Shown here one piece after another: positions 1 to 14,200 of a stretch of DNA of 64,000 nucleotides. The number at the start of each line of letters is the position of its first letter. Position 1 is the stretch's first letter. The notes beneath the pieces are model-generated. The model was given only the letters and a program-made list of their open reading frames with translations. It made no database searches and was not told the origin of the DNA. The position numbers and the translations under genes are program-made. Source of the stretch: Hyphochytrium catenoides (Eukaryota; Protista; Hyphochytriomycota). The stretch lies in the NCBI GenBank assembly GCA_900088475.1, contig FLMG01003337.1:62001-126000 (forward strand). The letters run 5' to 3'.

Positions 1-1451
1 AGCAAGGAAAATGGCATCCCGGCTAACGCTACCAAACTTGTCTAGCTTACCACATCGAAGGGTAATAGTGTCCTTGGAGGGCTCCGCTGCTTGGGCATCT
101 TTGGGCCTCAAGGACCCTGTAACCCACGCCTTCATTTTTGATAACTTACTCGGTCCACCGGGCTTCTTCGATGTCTGCCCAATCAGCTTTTGTTCCTCAC
201 CATCCCCCTCTAGATCCGGGCTCCTTTGTCCTTCCTTCTTGGACTGATTGATCTCGCTGGCAGATGGAGAAGCGACTGAGGCTTCTGCCTCCTGCTCCTT
301 GTCTGAGCCTTCTTCGAAGTCTTCTAGACATATGGGGCAGCTCTTCGACTCATAGCGCTGATTGTTCTGATTCTCTTTTTCCTTGTCTATTCTCATCAGC
401 TTCTTCTTGCAATCGTTAAAACGCCGTCTCTTCTTATAATCTCCGTAGATACCGTAAGCGAAAACAGCTAGGAAGAAGGTGATGATTGCTGCTTCAACGT
501 AAAAATCCTCTTCGTAGGCTAGCGAATGGCCCTGAAGAACATACCTACGAAGGCAATTGTATAGTCAACAAACAGGATGTGCATAGTCAGGATACAATGA
601 GGCCCTTCTTCCTCAACAGAGGCATCCATCTATATATGTATCCAGTTCCGCCCACATCGCAATCTACTTCTTGACACCTACAGCTGTTTTGTCCGCTAGG
701 CCTTCAAGCCATATTCTGGCATATCTTCTCCAACTATTCTTTGGAGAACACTGCCATCACGACAAAGAGAAGGACCAGTACTTACTGAATGTCCAGCGCA
801 GCCTGAAGTAGTGCTTCATCATACTCTCCATTGCGTAGCGGCTCCTTCATCCTTTCGATGATCGCTGAAGCGTTGGCATCGGTCAAGATGCCCATGACAC
901 CGGCTCCTGTGGATATATACATGACCCGATCGTGCATAGAGATGGCTAGTACGATCCCCGTCAGTTCCTCTTTATCGCCAACCCCCCAACTGTCATGGAG
1001 GTATCGGGCAAAATCTTGGATCTGGTCTCGCTCATGAACTCCGCTCTCTAGCTGCATCTTGCCCATTATTGCGAAAGCAACTTCATAAGGGGCGCGGCGT
1101 CCTGTCAGAATAAAGTCAGAACATCTTCTATAGTGAGACGGGAACAAACAACTACAACACTCCACCTATTTCGTCCCCATTGTTACGAGGGAACTCGGTA
1201 ATGTTGGTCAGCACAAGGTCAATCGCATCTGCCGCTCGATCGGAGAGGATCTGATCGGGATCACAAAGTAGAGACGGTTTCCCTCCTCGTCCACATCGAT
1301 CAAGATCAACTTGCGGGTTGGGATAGTCTATAGGAAGCCATCCAGTCCTCCGTACAGCGCTAATCCAGCCTGGTCCACTAGAGACAAAGAGCAACCCTAG
1401 GAGGACAAGCGCCAAGCTCGTCCTTCGTCTGAGGTGCAGATCGATGTTCAT
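1..1451 (-). CDS. Signal peptide + TPM (DUF477/MOLO-1-like) domain + TM helix + RING-like zinc finger protein; multi-exon, 3' end outside window
   Basis: ATG at 1451 with hydrophobic leader. Motifs YPNPQVDLDRCGRGGKPSLLCDPDQIL and FARYLHDSWGVGD..GIVLAISMHDRVMYISTGAG are typical of TPM. GT-AG intron 1102-1165. A later exon encodes a TM (AAIITFFLAVFAYGIY), then SCPICLEDF...ITLRCG, with a donor site at 50. Splicing between 547 and 784 is not resolved. Confidence 0.8.
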
Positions 1452-2904
1452 TCCTAGACACGACCTTACAAGATCATAGACCACGAGGAGACAGATCTCT
1501 CACTTTCACTTGTAAAGAGTAATAAGGACGGCAGAGTGCTATTGCTAGGCCAGATCGGAGTGGTGGATCACAACGAGCCTTCGAAAGCTGATGTGACCCT
1601 GATCCCAGTATCATCGGATTCTGATCTGACCTGGTCTCACTGACGATGGGGGCGGATTGTACAGCACTTCCTCCTTCAGAACTGTAGAACTACCAGGCCC
1701 TATTCTTCCACGTGGATCTCCTCCTGCTGGGTAGAAAAACGAAAAACAGAGTGTGGGACATTTGTCTCACTCTTCAATCGTCATGGTCATCATGATGCCG
1801 TATAGAGGAACACTATTCTAAATAAGGCTCTAAAGTGTTGTGAATACAGGAGTATACTGTATCATGTACGCTACTGTAACAAGGAGCCAGCACATTGTTG
1901 CGTGACCAGGTACAAGGTTAGTACTTGTACAGTACTTGTAGGACAAACTTCAATCAGAACGCATGCATGATTTCGTTGTTGGTCTGTACAAGTATTGGGG
2001 AGTCTCTCGAGGCGTTTTCCCAAACCAATAACAAAAGGGTCTGATAGTTCTACTCATCAAAAAGAGCAACGAACATGGCAGAAGGGATCTCGATTGAAGG
2101 AGGGAGCCAGCCCCAACTCTGATGCAATCTAACATTCACGGTAAGCGCTCCCTTTGGCCCTTTCGCGGATAGAAAAGCAACTCCCGCTAAGATCAAATTT
2201 GGCAGCACTTAATTGAGATTGAGCTTCAGTTTGATTCTAGCTCCGTCAAAATCATTCTCGAGCCCGCGTAAGAGTACGCAAATGCTTCTTTTCTCTTTGG
2301 ATAAGGCCCTTATTGGAAAGACGATGTTTAACTTGTGCTTACCAGGCCCGGCGAGCTCCATCGCAATACGGCATGACAATTTCGTCTATTCAAATTGGCA
2401 GCGAATGCCAAATTATTTAAGCTCAACAGCAAAATGAATCTCGCTTCGTATCAAATTAATTGGAAGCCGACGAATTACCATGGGACGGTTTTCGGTGCAC
2501 CAAGAAGGACCCTTATGGAAGTCAGAGAGCGCTGCTACCGAGCCCTTCTGGCTCTTGGCTGGGGTCTGCCTCTTTGTCATTCTGTCTCGTTCTTCTCTGG
2601 CGTCTCAATTTTGCGCGCTGGCACCCTCTTCTGATTCAGCCATAGCCATCATAAGCTTAATTTCCCAAGACTTATAAAGCCTTAAGGACGTCGTTCTCCG
2701 CACCTCTAGATCTACCAAGAAGTGGTTGTCTTTGAGGCACCCAGCAAGTATTTAAAGCAGGTCAGCTTCACCCTCCAGTTACCGTTTCCTCTCGTTCTTA
2801 GGCAGAATTGTCGTCTCAGCAGCCACTTTAAATGTTTTTACGTATCTGTCCTCACTGGCATCTATCAGCATATTTTGTCAAATCGCCAGCATATTACCAT
2901 CACC

Positions 2905-3664
2905 ATGCAAGTGCTTGAAGCAGCCCCAGCCCCAGTCCTTCCTACTCCAGCTTGTTCACCGATGATCCATAAGGCAGGATCTCCACCCCACCATCCCTCA
3001 ATTCAGCCTTCAAAACCAGAAGGAGCTGAAAAGGATGGACTTCCAGTTGCTGCATCCACTGTTCAAGGTGGGCTTGGAGCTAAGCAGTCCCAGGTGCCGG
3101 TTTCTGTGGCTGAGAAGCGACCTCCATCCGAGGAGGAACCTGAAGGAATGGATCTGGAAGAGCCATCGCAAAAGCCCAAGGAGGGCAAAAAGCTAAGGTT
3201 GATCCGGGTCTATTAGCCAGTTCTTCGTTATTTAATTTTTGACCATCGGACGACTCGCAGGTTTTCTGGATTGCCTACCGATGAGCACCAACAGGGCCCA
3301 CTACTTAGGAAAGAGCCATCACTTTTCGAGGGCAGTCAAACTGTGTCTGGGAAATCCGTTGAACTTCGTGCTGCTGCTGTAGAGGACGTTAATGGCGAGG
3401 TCAAACAAGCAAAATCAGTCCTTCCCACTGAGAGTTGCAATGTCGAAGAGAGCTGTGAGAGACTGAAAGCTAACTTGGACCGATACAAGGCAAAGCTCAG
3501 CGACCTAGAAGGTGAGACTTATAGTATTATTACTGGGTAACTGTCTATCACATTAGCTAACTCTGCCCTCATTGCCAGTCCATCTGGCCAACCTTCAGCG
3601 CCAGCTGATTTACTTCCAGTCCAGAATGGGTCCAGGGGAAGAGGGAATCACTGAGAACTCGTAG
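2905..3664 (+). CDS. Hypothetical Pro/Glu-rich protein with C-terminal coiled coil (3 exons)
   Basis: ACCATG start. ORFs 2905-3198, 3261-3511 and 3579-3664 join in frame through GT-AG introns. The C-terminus CERLKANLDRYKAKLSDLEVHLANLQRQL is heptad-like. Confidence 0.6.
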
Positions 3665-3838
3665 ACCGCCATTACTCTCTTACTTTCACTTCGTAGCTAC
3701 CGATTCCGCTCCTCATTCCAGCGCCTCGCACTGGTTCGACTAATACTATCCTGGCACCAGTCGTCTTGCGCCAGCAAACCCCTAAACGACACTGTGGTGC
3801 CTTCTCTGCATAACGGCTTCCATAACACTGTCATTTAG

Positions 3839-6800
3839 CTAGCTTCCCTTTGGTTTTGTGGATGATAGAGCTGTAGGGAGAGTGTTGGAATGCTCTATTT
3901 CCTCAGTTGGAACGCGAGACCGGAAGTACCCATCCGAAAGAAACACGATGTCTACCGTCCCGTCCACATTTACCGCTTCCACTTTCCCAATAGCTTTGCC
4001 TGCACCACCCCGCTTCCCTTCTCCTCTGCCCTCTTCCTCCCATGCTAGGACATGCTCCCCTACGTGATAGTGAGGTCTTAGACTTTCAATCTTCTTCTTA
4101 TGACGCCGAAGCACTGAAGGCTCCAGCCAGGTAGACTCTCCCGTCCTCATGTTATAATAGAACTTTCTTGGTAGGGAGGGGGCCTCAGCAGAAGGACTGT
4201 GATTGGCTCCTAGCCCTGTCTTCCCTGTCTCTTTCTTGGGCATTATAGTCTGCTTTCCTCTTTGAATGGTCCGAAGGTTGAGTTCCTGTCCTTGGATGGG
4301 TGTGGGCACTTCTACCCAATGTAAGGCGTCAACACTCTCCGCTCCTTGTCTCGCCAGCTCTATTAGCACATTGTCCGGATCGCCTTCAAGTAGCTTTTCA
4401 TACTGCAAAGGGCTTCTGCCGATCTCTATCTCCGTCTGCAGGAGCTCGTTCAGGCCCGCTACTTTGCCATGCGCAGAGTGTAAAAGAAGGTACGATGCGA
4501 AGCGATAGCCGAAGTGCGTTCCCAATAGCCTCCGCAGTCCGAGTAGAGTAAGATGTTCTTGCTTTAGTGGGCCTCCATCAACTTCCTTGCTTGGTTGATG
4601 AACATCACCTTTGTACGGAAACGCTATTACGCCAAAAGACTAGGACGGCAAAGAAGGTAGAGCAACGAGTGACAGGAACGACAACGAAGCTTGCTTGCTG
4701 ACTCATAAATAATCACCTTAAAGAGCAGGCAATTTCCATAGAGCAGAGGGTGGAAGGTCAAAACAGGCTTCAAGATACTGCTTGTTAGTTACCTGGGTTC
4801 TTGTCGTCAACGCCATCATCTCTCACGTTCAGCAGGAGCGTCTCTACGATATTATCAGCGGTAGCCGACAGTAATAGCTGGGACGAGTAGTCCTCCCTGT
4901 CAAAGTCTCTCCAGCTGCTTGATTTAGTTGGCGCGGGCTCTACCATCATGGGCTTCATTGATCTTTCATCCTTGGCTCCAGAGAGAAGGCGACCGTAATC
5001 AAAGTCAGCGGGAAGGAGATTACTCATCGAGGCGCGTCTGTAGAAAAATGACGAGGTCAGAGGTCAGACTCTGGTCTACATGCAATATAGATGGATAATG
5101 GTACGAGTGTGGCCACTGTCCTTTGCTAATCGAACAACACGCTTATTAGGAAAGGAGCCTTTTCCTTACGCTGCGGCCAAACTAGAGTGCAGCTTCCCGT
5201 ATTCACCATCCGTATCGGTCGATTGCAGAGCTTTTATGTCCTCGATAAGGTCTTCCGCAGACAGTGGGAAGCCCCATGGCCTTTCTCTGCCCCTCTCTAG
5301 CTCTCGTCTCTTACACTGCCAGTGTTTCCATGCGTCTCTGCCAAACAGACGAGACATCAAAATGTTTCTTAATCGAACGGCCTCCGTTAACAAAACTGGT
5401 AGAAGTGGAGAAAGATTGGTTAGAGACCGCGGCCGTCGCATGTACGTTAGTACTGAGCGCAACCTATCAAGAGGAAGCCTTACGAGCAAGCTTAAACAGA
5501 CACTGGTGGTTTGGAATGATAAGAAGAGAAGTGTGATGGAGAAGGAGGAGCTGGTGGTCTTATGGCGATCTCACATGGTGCAAACTCTATGAGCCCTGCT
5601 GTGAGGCGATGCTGCGATGGGTCCACTCCTGCACTGGACGTAGGTTGTCTCGATTCATGTTGTTCTCCTCCTGTTTGCCGTTTGCGTTTCCAAGCCCAGG
5701 CTGCTGCGTCCGCAAGCTTTGAGGCAGTACCCCCACTGGTTCCATTTATAAACCAGTGGAAGGCTCGAAGCTGCCCCTCTATGGACTCTGCTTCTTGATC
5801 CTGTGAAGTGACTTGATGATCTATCAGCGAACTATAGGTATGTAAAGAGGAAGGCGCGGAAGAAGAAGTCCTCGACGCTGAGCTCCTCTCTGTCCGTTTG
5901 ATCTGGCTTGCTGTCTCCTTTATCGCTGCTGCTTGTGTCCTGCTGCTCCCCCTTGTCTCAGTTCCTCCTCTCTTTGTCCGCCTATTTTCCTGCTTTGGTG
6001 TGAGGTCTTTTGGCGCTAGGCCAAAGGCCTTTTGATATAGCTGGAGACCCCGTCCTTCTTCATATACCGACAGCAAGAAGGAGACAAACTGCTGACATGC
6101 GACAAGATGGTTAGCTATTTATAGCATCGCATATAAAACAAGCGAAGACTATGTATTGCAAGCGATGGGAACATTGTTGAAGCAACAAGGAGAGAAGAAA
6201 CTCTCCCTAGCAAAGCGGTTTGGCCATTCTTGAAGACACATATTGAGCAGTGTGGAGAATAAATGGGCTGAGCAGAGCCCTAGATAGGATAGAGCATTTG
6301 CCGGCCACCAGCGACACTTACTCTCTCTGGAGTTATGGAGCACAGGTCAAAAACAGCCATAAAGAGGTGCCACGGCTCTAATTCCCCTGTTATAAGCTGC
6401 ACCTGCTGCTGCCTGTGGTGCTTTCTTTTCACCTTTTCACCCTTTCCTCTTGCTTTGTCGTCATTGGCGTTCCCATCTCTTTCTGCTTCTTCCTGCTTTT
6501 CACTGCTGCTCTTCAGACACCTCATATGGTCATTCAATAGCAAATAGATGAATGGAGTATGTCGGACTTGCAGTTCCATCAGAAGGCCCCTAATAGTGGT
6601 ATAGCCCCGTCTGGAAGGATCCATAAGAGAAAATACCTTCATATCAACGCCATGTATGCCACCAGTAAGAAGAGAGAGAAGAGGGAACAATGATGAGCAC
6701 AAGTTTCGAGGTGAGCCTCTACCGGTGGACAGACGAAGTAAAGCGCCTACCCCATACATTTAGTCTCAAGATGCCTTCATCCCGCTGCTAATATGATCAA

Positions 6801-7297
6801 GCTACACTACGACGACTTGCGTACCTTAATGAAGTTGGCCTCTTGGTCTTCTGTCAAGCGTAGCCATGTGAAAATGGACTCGAGTCGCACGGCAGTGGCA
6901 AGCAAGGAACGAGAGGAAGCAGACTGATGATGAGTGGTAGTTGAGCTCCCTTGCCTTCCAAGGCGAACCTGTTTGTTGGTAGTGACATCGACTGTGGCCG
7001 TGGGGGCTCCACCATCTGTATCCCCACGTCCTTCTTTAGCGTCACCTGCTAGATGCCTTAGCCTCTCACCCTTCACCAGCCCTGGAAGAACGAGAAGCAT
7101 GTGCGACAACGTCTGTCGGCACCATTGAGAGAGGCGAGCTAGTAGGTTCTTGCCGACCGTCGTCGCGCGTATCCTGAGAATTTCCATCATCATCGCTTGA
7201 AGTCTTGGAATCAAGCGTAACTTGTACCTTTGCCAATGCCCTGGTGCTTGTTGCAAGTAATAATAACCACATTCTCTTCGTCGCTGTTTAGAGCCAT
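3839..7297 (-). CDS. Large multi-exon hypothetical protein with EF-hand-like segment, WW domain and C-terminal Tudor/SH3-like domain
   Basis: Chain of minus-strand ORFs (6807-7256, 6280-6759, 5492-6076, 5166-5489, 4785-5027, 3839-4525) with GT/AG ends. Motifs FYYNMRTGESTWLEP (WW) and GKVEAVNVDGTVDIVFLSDG (Tudor-like). Start position is uncertain. Confidence 0.55.
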
Positions 7298-8275
7298 GCG
7301 GATGCTATTGTACCTCATCCACCGTGCTCACTACCTGCAGTAGCTTGTAGTCGAAGAAGAGATGAGTTGCTATGGGGTATCCCGGGAGAAAATGGATTTA
7401 TGTACATTCTTTCTCCCTCCTCGCGTCATCCGTTAGGTATCCTTCTGCTCAATAGCTCACTGCTGCATGCTGGTGGAGGGCGATGAGTAGTAGACTGCCT
7501 CGATGAGGAGTGCTCAAGTCGCCTCATCAATCATCAGTGGTAGGAAGGAGTCTCCTACACTAGCAAATCAACAAAACAGACGGCTTCTTCCTGCTTGGCA
7601 CCTGTTGCCGCTCCCTATTCACTCCTTAGTACTGCTCAGAAAGGCCCCACCCATACCTTGAGAACCTGGTCTTCTGCCCGTTCCAGGGCCGTGACCTTTC
7701 ATCTAACAGTACAAATTCTTAGTTCTTCATCATGAAACCTACAGCTTAACTCTTGAAGGTTCCCCCCAGATCACTCCCCCGGGTCGCCGACTCTCACCCC
7801 CGTTCCGAGGATTACAGTACACTTTACCACAAAACTATCGATGGGGGTCGTTCTCCCCTTGTCTAGGGGTGGGGGGTTTGGACTCCCTCAAGCAGATGAC
7901 AGAGACAGACAACAGCACTAGAGAGTGGAATAGAAGGCTATCAACAGTATGAAGAGGAGGAGCAGCGGAAAGCGGATCATGATGCGAACACTGCACACTC
8001 TCCCTGTTAAGAAGCGCCCTCCTCCTAATGTCCTCCTTCTCTTAGCTACAGGGATTAACAGCAAGACATTGGCCTTTCATTATGCCCGCGCGGGGCAAAC
8101 AAGTGAGAGGTATTAGTTCCATCTGTCGCCGCGGCCGCTAGCTTGCATAGTATACAAAGAATGAACATGACGGCTATACCCATGGTTGGGCAACTGCTGC
8201 CACTATGTAGACTATATCTTCTGTCTAGTCCTGGCTTCGTCGATTCACGCTGTCCTCATCTAGTGCATCCCCAGT

Positions 8276-11200
8276 CTAGTAATCTACCAACTTTAGGCGT
8301 GGTATGATGTTCATGCTCTGCAGTTCCTGGAAGAGTAGCTTGCAGGCATATGGAATCCTAAGATTTGCTATGTCCTCGCCTGACCGGCAGTATTGGCACC
8401 ATCCTGAGTAGCCCAGAAGTCCACAGCGCTGACAGACGTTGGTCGTAAAGGCGTCCGAAGAGAACATCAGTCTCTCCATAATTAGCATGCTCGCGCCGTA
8501 ACCAATCAGACAGTCTCTCTCCATCTCTCCCAAACGTAAACCTCCGTCACGACTACGCCCCTCTGTGGGCTGCCTCGTCAAAACCGCTCGAGGACCTCGC
8601 GCACGAGCATGCATCTTGTCCATAACCTTCAGAGAGGTTGACGAAGGAATAAGCAAGGACCAGGAAGAATGAACAGGAGATTTGAAGAGCTCCAGAAAGG
8701 CGAACTGTTGTCACAGAGTCAAACTATTCGAAGGATGCGTTGCATAAAAAGGAAAGTTTGGTGCAGGATAACAGTCTAACAAAGGACTTAGCCAGAAGCA
8801 GACGACGTTATAGGTGCTACTTGCTGCTTGTTCCTACCATGTGCTTTAACTTCTGATAATACACAGGGCCCATAAAGATGTAGCAGAGAAGCGGCTCTCC
8901 TGTCACTCCTGATGTCAGATAGTCCTTGCCAGAGTAGTTGAATCCCTTACGAACAAGGGCCGCACAGACCTCGTCCACCTGGAGGCCATGGAGGGACATT
9001 TCATGAGCTACCAACACTCGCTCCCAAGAGTTACTAATATAGTACGTCAATGGCGACCGTCAGTGAAGAGTCCCAGGAAATAACAACACGGGAGAGAGAG
9101 GAGAGAATGTATGGGAGCGATACCTTATCCGCATTGCCGAACTCCTCCCCAAAGGCTGTTCCGTATGCTCGTCGTCCTCCCAGAACACCCGCCTGTACCA
9201 AGCAGAGGAGATCATGTGAGCCATTCTGCCCAGCCCTTATACAGGAAAGAGAAGGAGACCAAGATAACATGCAGACGGCGCCTGACCTTCCCAGCGACAA
9301 GTTCAATCATTTTCCCCACAGTCATCCGGCTGGGGAATCCATGGGGGTTCATAATAAGGTCTGGACACATCCCGAAGTCGTTGAACGGCATGTCTTCCTA
9401 AGATGACATGACCAGCAACAAGGATGGCGTTAATAGTGCGCGAAGAAGACCTAAGGAACATAAGCTGGGAAATATCTGACGAGAGACTGAAGCCAGCATA
9501 AAGTAAGGAAATGTCCAGCCGAGACAGGTCCGCAAGCCTGCTTGTAGAAGGCAAAGCTCGCGGGTTTAATGACTGAGTTTATCACTTCATATCCCGACGC
9601 CACGACTCCCCAGCAACCATGACCCACTTTGGGGGTTTGTTGTGAGGAATAAGAGCGCGGAAAGACTGCACAAGAGACAGCACGAACAAAGAGGGCAAGC
9701 TGCTAGGAGCCCGCAAGGGAAGGTTGTAAGAAGCTATAAATGAAGATTGATACCTGGTTGAGAATAACTCCGCACACACCCTTCTGCCCGTGCCGGCTGC
9801 TGAACTTATCTCCCACCTCAGGGCGGCGAGTCTGTCGCAACAGCACTTTGATCAGGAAATGATCAGACTCCGATGAAGTCAGAATGACCTGAATATAGCA
9901 AAGGGCGTCAGGTAAGATCCTCTTATCGTACAGACTAAGTTTAACGGTCATAGTGCCTTACTTTATCCACATAGCTTGGTGTGGATGACTTGTAGGAGAG
10001 AGGTGAGGGCTTGTAAGCAACATCTGGAATGTCCGTGTTTTCCACCTAGGGTCAGACGAAGTTAGAAAAGGAACAACACATCTCTCTCCTTACGTTTTCT
10101 TCGGTAGCGTAATGTGCAAAAACTCAAGGTGGCCACTAGTATAAACCTGTCTTCTTGTCTCACTTAATCTTCTATCTAGGTATTAGCATCGCCTTCCCTC
10201 TCCTTTTCTCACTCTCTGCTCACTCTCTGCAACAGTCCAAGTGTTAATTGTAAGCGCACCTGATCACTAGTGTTCATCGGCTGCTCTTTGTTGATGATAA
10301 TAGAGCCACTGACCAACTTCTCTCCCACTCTGCAGATACCATCATCGTCCAGCGCCGAGAATTTTTGATTTCTCTTCATTGCCCCCGCCCAGCCTTCCTC
10401 TGGAGTCGGAGGCCCGATAATACGGTCAAAAGTCTGATAAGATAAAAATAAGTCGATTAATATCACGCGTATAGACAGACGAACGTCAGCAGCCAGAAAA
10501 AAAGAGTATAACGCTAAACGTCGACTCTGAAGAACAGTTGCGAAGCCGCATAAGGAAGCCGCCCGAAAGTGAAGTTTCCCACCTGATTCGGATATCGCTT
10601 CACCACGGTCTGGTGCTTTCTAAAGACCAAACACCTCCCAAAGCCTCTATCAAGCGAGGCCTTGTTGAGGACAATGGCATCCTCGATATCGTAGCCACTA
10701 TAACTCATGACAGCAACGATCGCATTCTGGCCACCAGGTACATTGTCGAAGTTAACCAAGTCTAGCACACGAGTTTTCACCATAGGAGCTTGTGGGTACA
10801 CCAGGGTATAGAGTAGTGTGTCTATTCTTTCATACTGGTTCATGGCCACGGTGCCCATGGCCTGCTTTCCCATAGCGCATTGGTAGGTGTTCCTAGGACT
10901 CTGATTATGGTGCGGGTACGGAATGAGACCTGAGACAACCCCTAGGATGGTGAGAGGATCGATCTCCATGTGGGTTGTTCTCTCTTCTATCTCTTTCTCG
11001 GAAAGAGCAATGAGACAGTTATTCTCTTCATTCACGTCCACATACTCTATGCAGCCTTCCGAAATGAGGCTTTTGATGTCTCGAAGCCCAGCCTTCAGCT
11101 CTTGAATATGGCTCTCTCGCAGCCGTGGCATGCGGGTTAGAGGATCCACAAGCAATAGCGGGCGGCAAATCCTTCCGCCGTCAGACGCAATGTACACCAC

Positions 11201-14200
11201 GCGCTGGATATCGTGGATCATAACGGAGACGAACTCTCCAATCTACAACGTGCCAAGAGATGGTGCCAGAGCGCCGAGAGGGGAATTTAGCGTAAAGTGG
11301 GCAATTTCTGCAGACGGGCTGACTCCAACCAGAGATCTGAGCATGCAAAGGGAAGAAAGTTCAAGCCAAAAAGGTCTGTAAAAAGCTGCCGTAGGGAGGT
11401 AATGGTAAGTAGAGGAAGGTTTGAGGAGACGAAAGACAAAGCCTGAAGCCTTACCATGCCCGCTCTTCTCAACCTTCGAAGCCTAGAGACCAGATGCCTG
11501 GGTCTAGCATGGATTCCTAATATCAGACCGTTTAACATTACCAAGTACGTAGACGGTGCTGTCAATTCATCCCCTGAGCAAAGTGCAATGTCTTCGACCC
11601 CTAGGTCAAAACAGAGGCGGGATATAGGTTCTGGATCCTCATCGGTGGTCACGTGAGCTAGAAGCGCTAAGTTTTTGACTAGACCACAGGCTTCACCTAG
11701 AAGAGTCACAAAGATTCATGGGTAGCATGATGTGAGAATCGGAATAGACAAAGGTGTTGAACATCCTTCAACTTTGTTGACAAACACTATAGCACCCATA
11801 AGAGGTAAGCAGTGCAGAGGGAGGGCTGGCCGACGAGTCTATTTAGTGATGGACACAACTCCTTATCATTCACTGTTCCCTCTTTAACTTACCTTCGGGA
11901 GTGTCAGCAGGACACAGCATGCCCCATTGCGAAGGTTGCAGGGCTCTAGGGCCAGACACTTTCCTAGTCTTCTCAAACTGTGAACTAAGGCGCGTCATCA
12001 TACCCAGGGCAGACATGTAGGAAAGCCGAGAGAGGACCTGGGTCACGCCTGCTCGATCCATTTTAAAACGCTTTAAGGTCCAGTTACCCGTTGACAGAGC
12101 CTTTACGAGAGGTAAGCAAACAGTGCGACTAGGGGTTAGATAGCGCATCGGAGCGAATTCGGGAAATGCGACAGATCCTGTCTTTATTTGGGCCTATTCC
12201 CCATCGCCCTCCGTCCACCTTCACCTTATCTCTACTCTTTGCTATACCTGTACGAATCCATAAGTAATTGTGTCTGTCCTGACACAGTTGATAATATCAA
12301 ACGGAGCGGCTGGTTTCTGCTTGCTGAGAGCTAGATCTGCCTGTCGTTTCAAATCGTTGTTGAAGCGCTTAAAGCAGTCTTCAAAAAGCAGTGCCATCAG
12401 CTGCCCTGCTAGCTCTAACCGCTTGTTTCCATAGTAGTCCTTGTCATCCAAGAGAGACCTATCTCTATCTGTGATAAGGACTCGCCGTGCAATGTGGGCG
12501 ATATAAATACATTTGGGTCTTGCCATACCGAAAGAAGGCACAGGGTGTCAGATGAGATGATGGGCGACCAAAGTCACGTAGAAGCCTTACAAGCACTTAA
12601 CTAACATCAAGAAGAAAACATGAGCCTAATGCGGTCAAGCTATAGAAATGCACAGAGAAGAGACTGAGAACTTTGGTAACAAGACATACCTAAAGTCAAA
12701 GCTCTCACAAGGAACATGTGAGAGCACCACGGAGGCTAGCACCTCTCTTGCTTCGTCCTCCGCGGTCTTCGGCCGGCCAAAAGTAGGCGGTCTGGCACCA
12801 GCTCCTCTTGCTCTAGGAGCCCGGATCTTGTTTCCAATAAATTCTAATGCCTGGTGCTGAGTGAATATTCCTAAGGTGGAGGCTTCCTCAAGTGAAGAGG
12901 CCATGCCGTCCAAAATCTCCGGCTCGGAGCCAATCATTGAGAGAATCTCTTGATCACTGATCATGCCCATAGCTCTCAGAACTATCACCACCGAGATATC
13001 GTCGCCGAGAGTGTTGTGCTTGACATACATCCTCCCATTTTTCAGCACTATGTTGGTTCTACTCTTCCTCTCGTGCGTCGACGAAGTAATTGAGGCACAC
13101 ACATTTCCCTTGCTATCTTCCTCAATAATAACTCTGTTCTTGCTGAGCTGCTCTTGGATGAGAATAACTTTCTCCACTCCTTTCACCACAAAGTATCCCC
13201 CAGGGTCGTACGGGCATTCCTTCATGACAGCCAGCTCACTTTCGCTTTTTCCATTGAGCACACAGCGATCACTCCTAAGCATAATCGGTATTTTCCCAAT
13301 AGGAACGCGCTGCTTGACGACAATTTGAGATCCTCGCTTATAGCGGACGTTGACATAGATCGGGGCGGAATATGTGCGATCACGCAGCCGGCATTCGAAC
13401 GGGGTAGCTACAAGACCAAACGAGAGCCACAATGAGTAAGTAAAGATCAACGGCCTTGGAAATACAGACATACGAATACTCTGACGGCCTAACCTAGAGC
13501 GAGTGAAAACGTCAACAAAGGTACCCAAGACAATAGAAAGCTAGAAGAAGGAGCTAAGAGGCAACGCCATCGCTCTAAAAGGCAGCGGGGTCCATCGCGT
13601 AAGAGGAGGCACCAATGCCTACCTCTGGAAACAATATATGACTCCTCCTCGATCGACGGCTCTCCCACATAAATATCCGTGTACTTCAGAAAGAACTTGG
13701 GGTCGGACTAGAAGCAACAGAAAGATAGGTCTATGAAAAGGTGGTCGGATATGGTGGAGATTGCACCGCTAGGGAGAAACAGTGCCAAAGCCCTTACCTC
13801 GCTGCGAACAGTGTTGTTAGACTGGGCAGCCACAATCTTTTTGATGTCCACGTTGATAAAATAGTTGAAGGAGTCGATATGCTGCTTCACCAAACCACGA
13901 AGCTAAGGATAAGTGGGGAAAGGGAGGATTAGCGCTCACGTCAACAGAATAGACCTATTGGCCCAGAGAAGCGATAGAGTAGAAAAGCAAGATGTCGCTT
14001 CAGCCTGTCCCCCTCAAATACTGATGGTCAACAGTGTTCGAGGCCCTTGGCTGTAGCCGAGCTCCACCATATTTCTACGGCAAGCTCCTGCTACTCTTGC
14101 ACTGATTTATGAAGTAAGGCTATCTAATTCAGCCTTCCAGCATCTTGAACAGTGCGTGGGTCCGCGTCAGCCCGATGGAAATGTTTTTAATCCTTGTACC

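Noticed and set aside
2161-2168. E2F-like TTTCGCGG upstream of the 2905 gene
   Set aside because: A single short motif expected by chance, with no TSS information.
2186-2196. GCTAAGATCAA, matching part of U2 snRNA
   Set aside because: The branch-point recognition sequence GTGTAGTA and the Sm site are absent; chance 11-mer.
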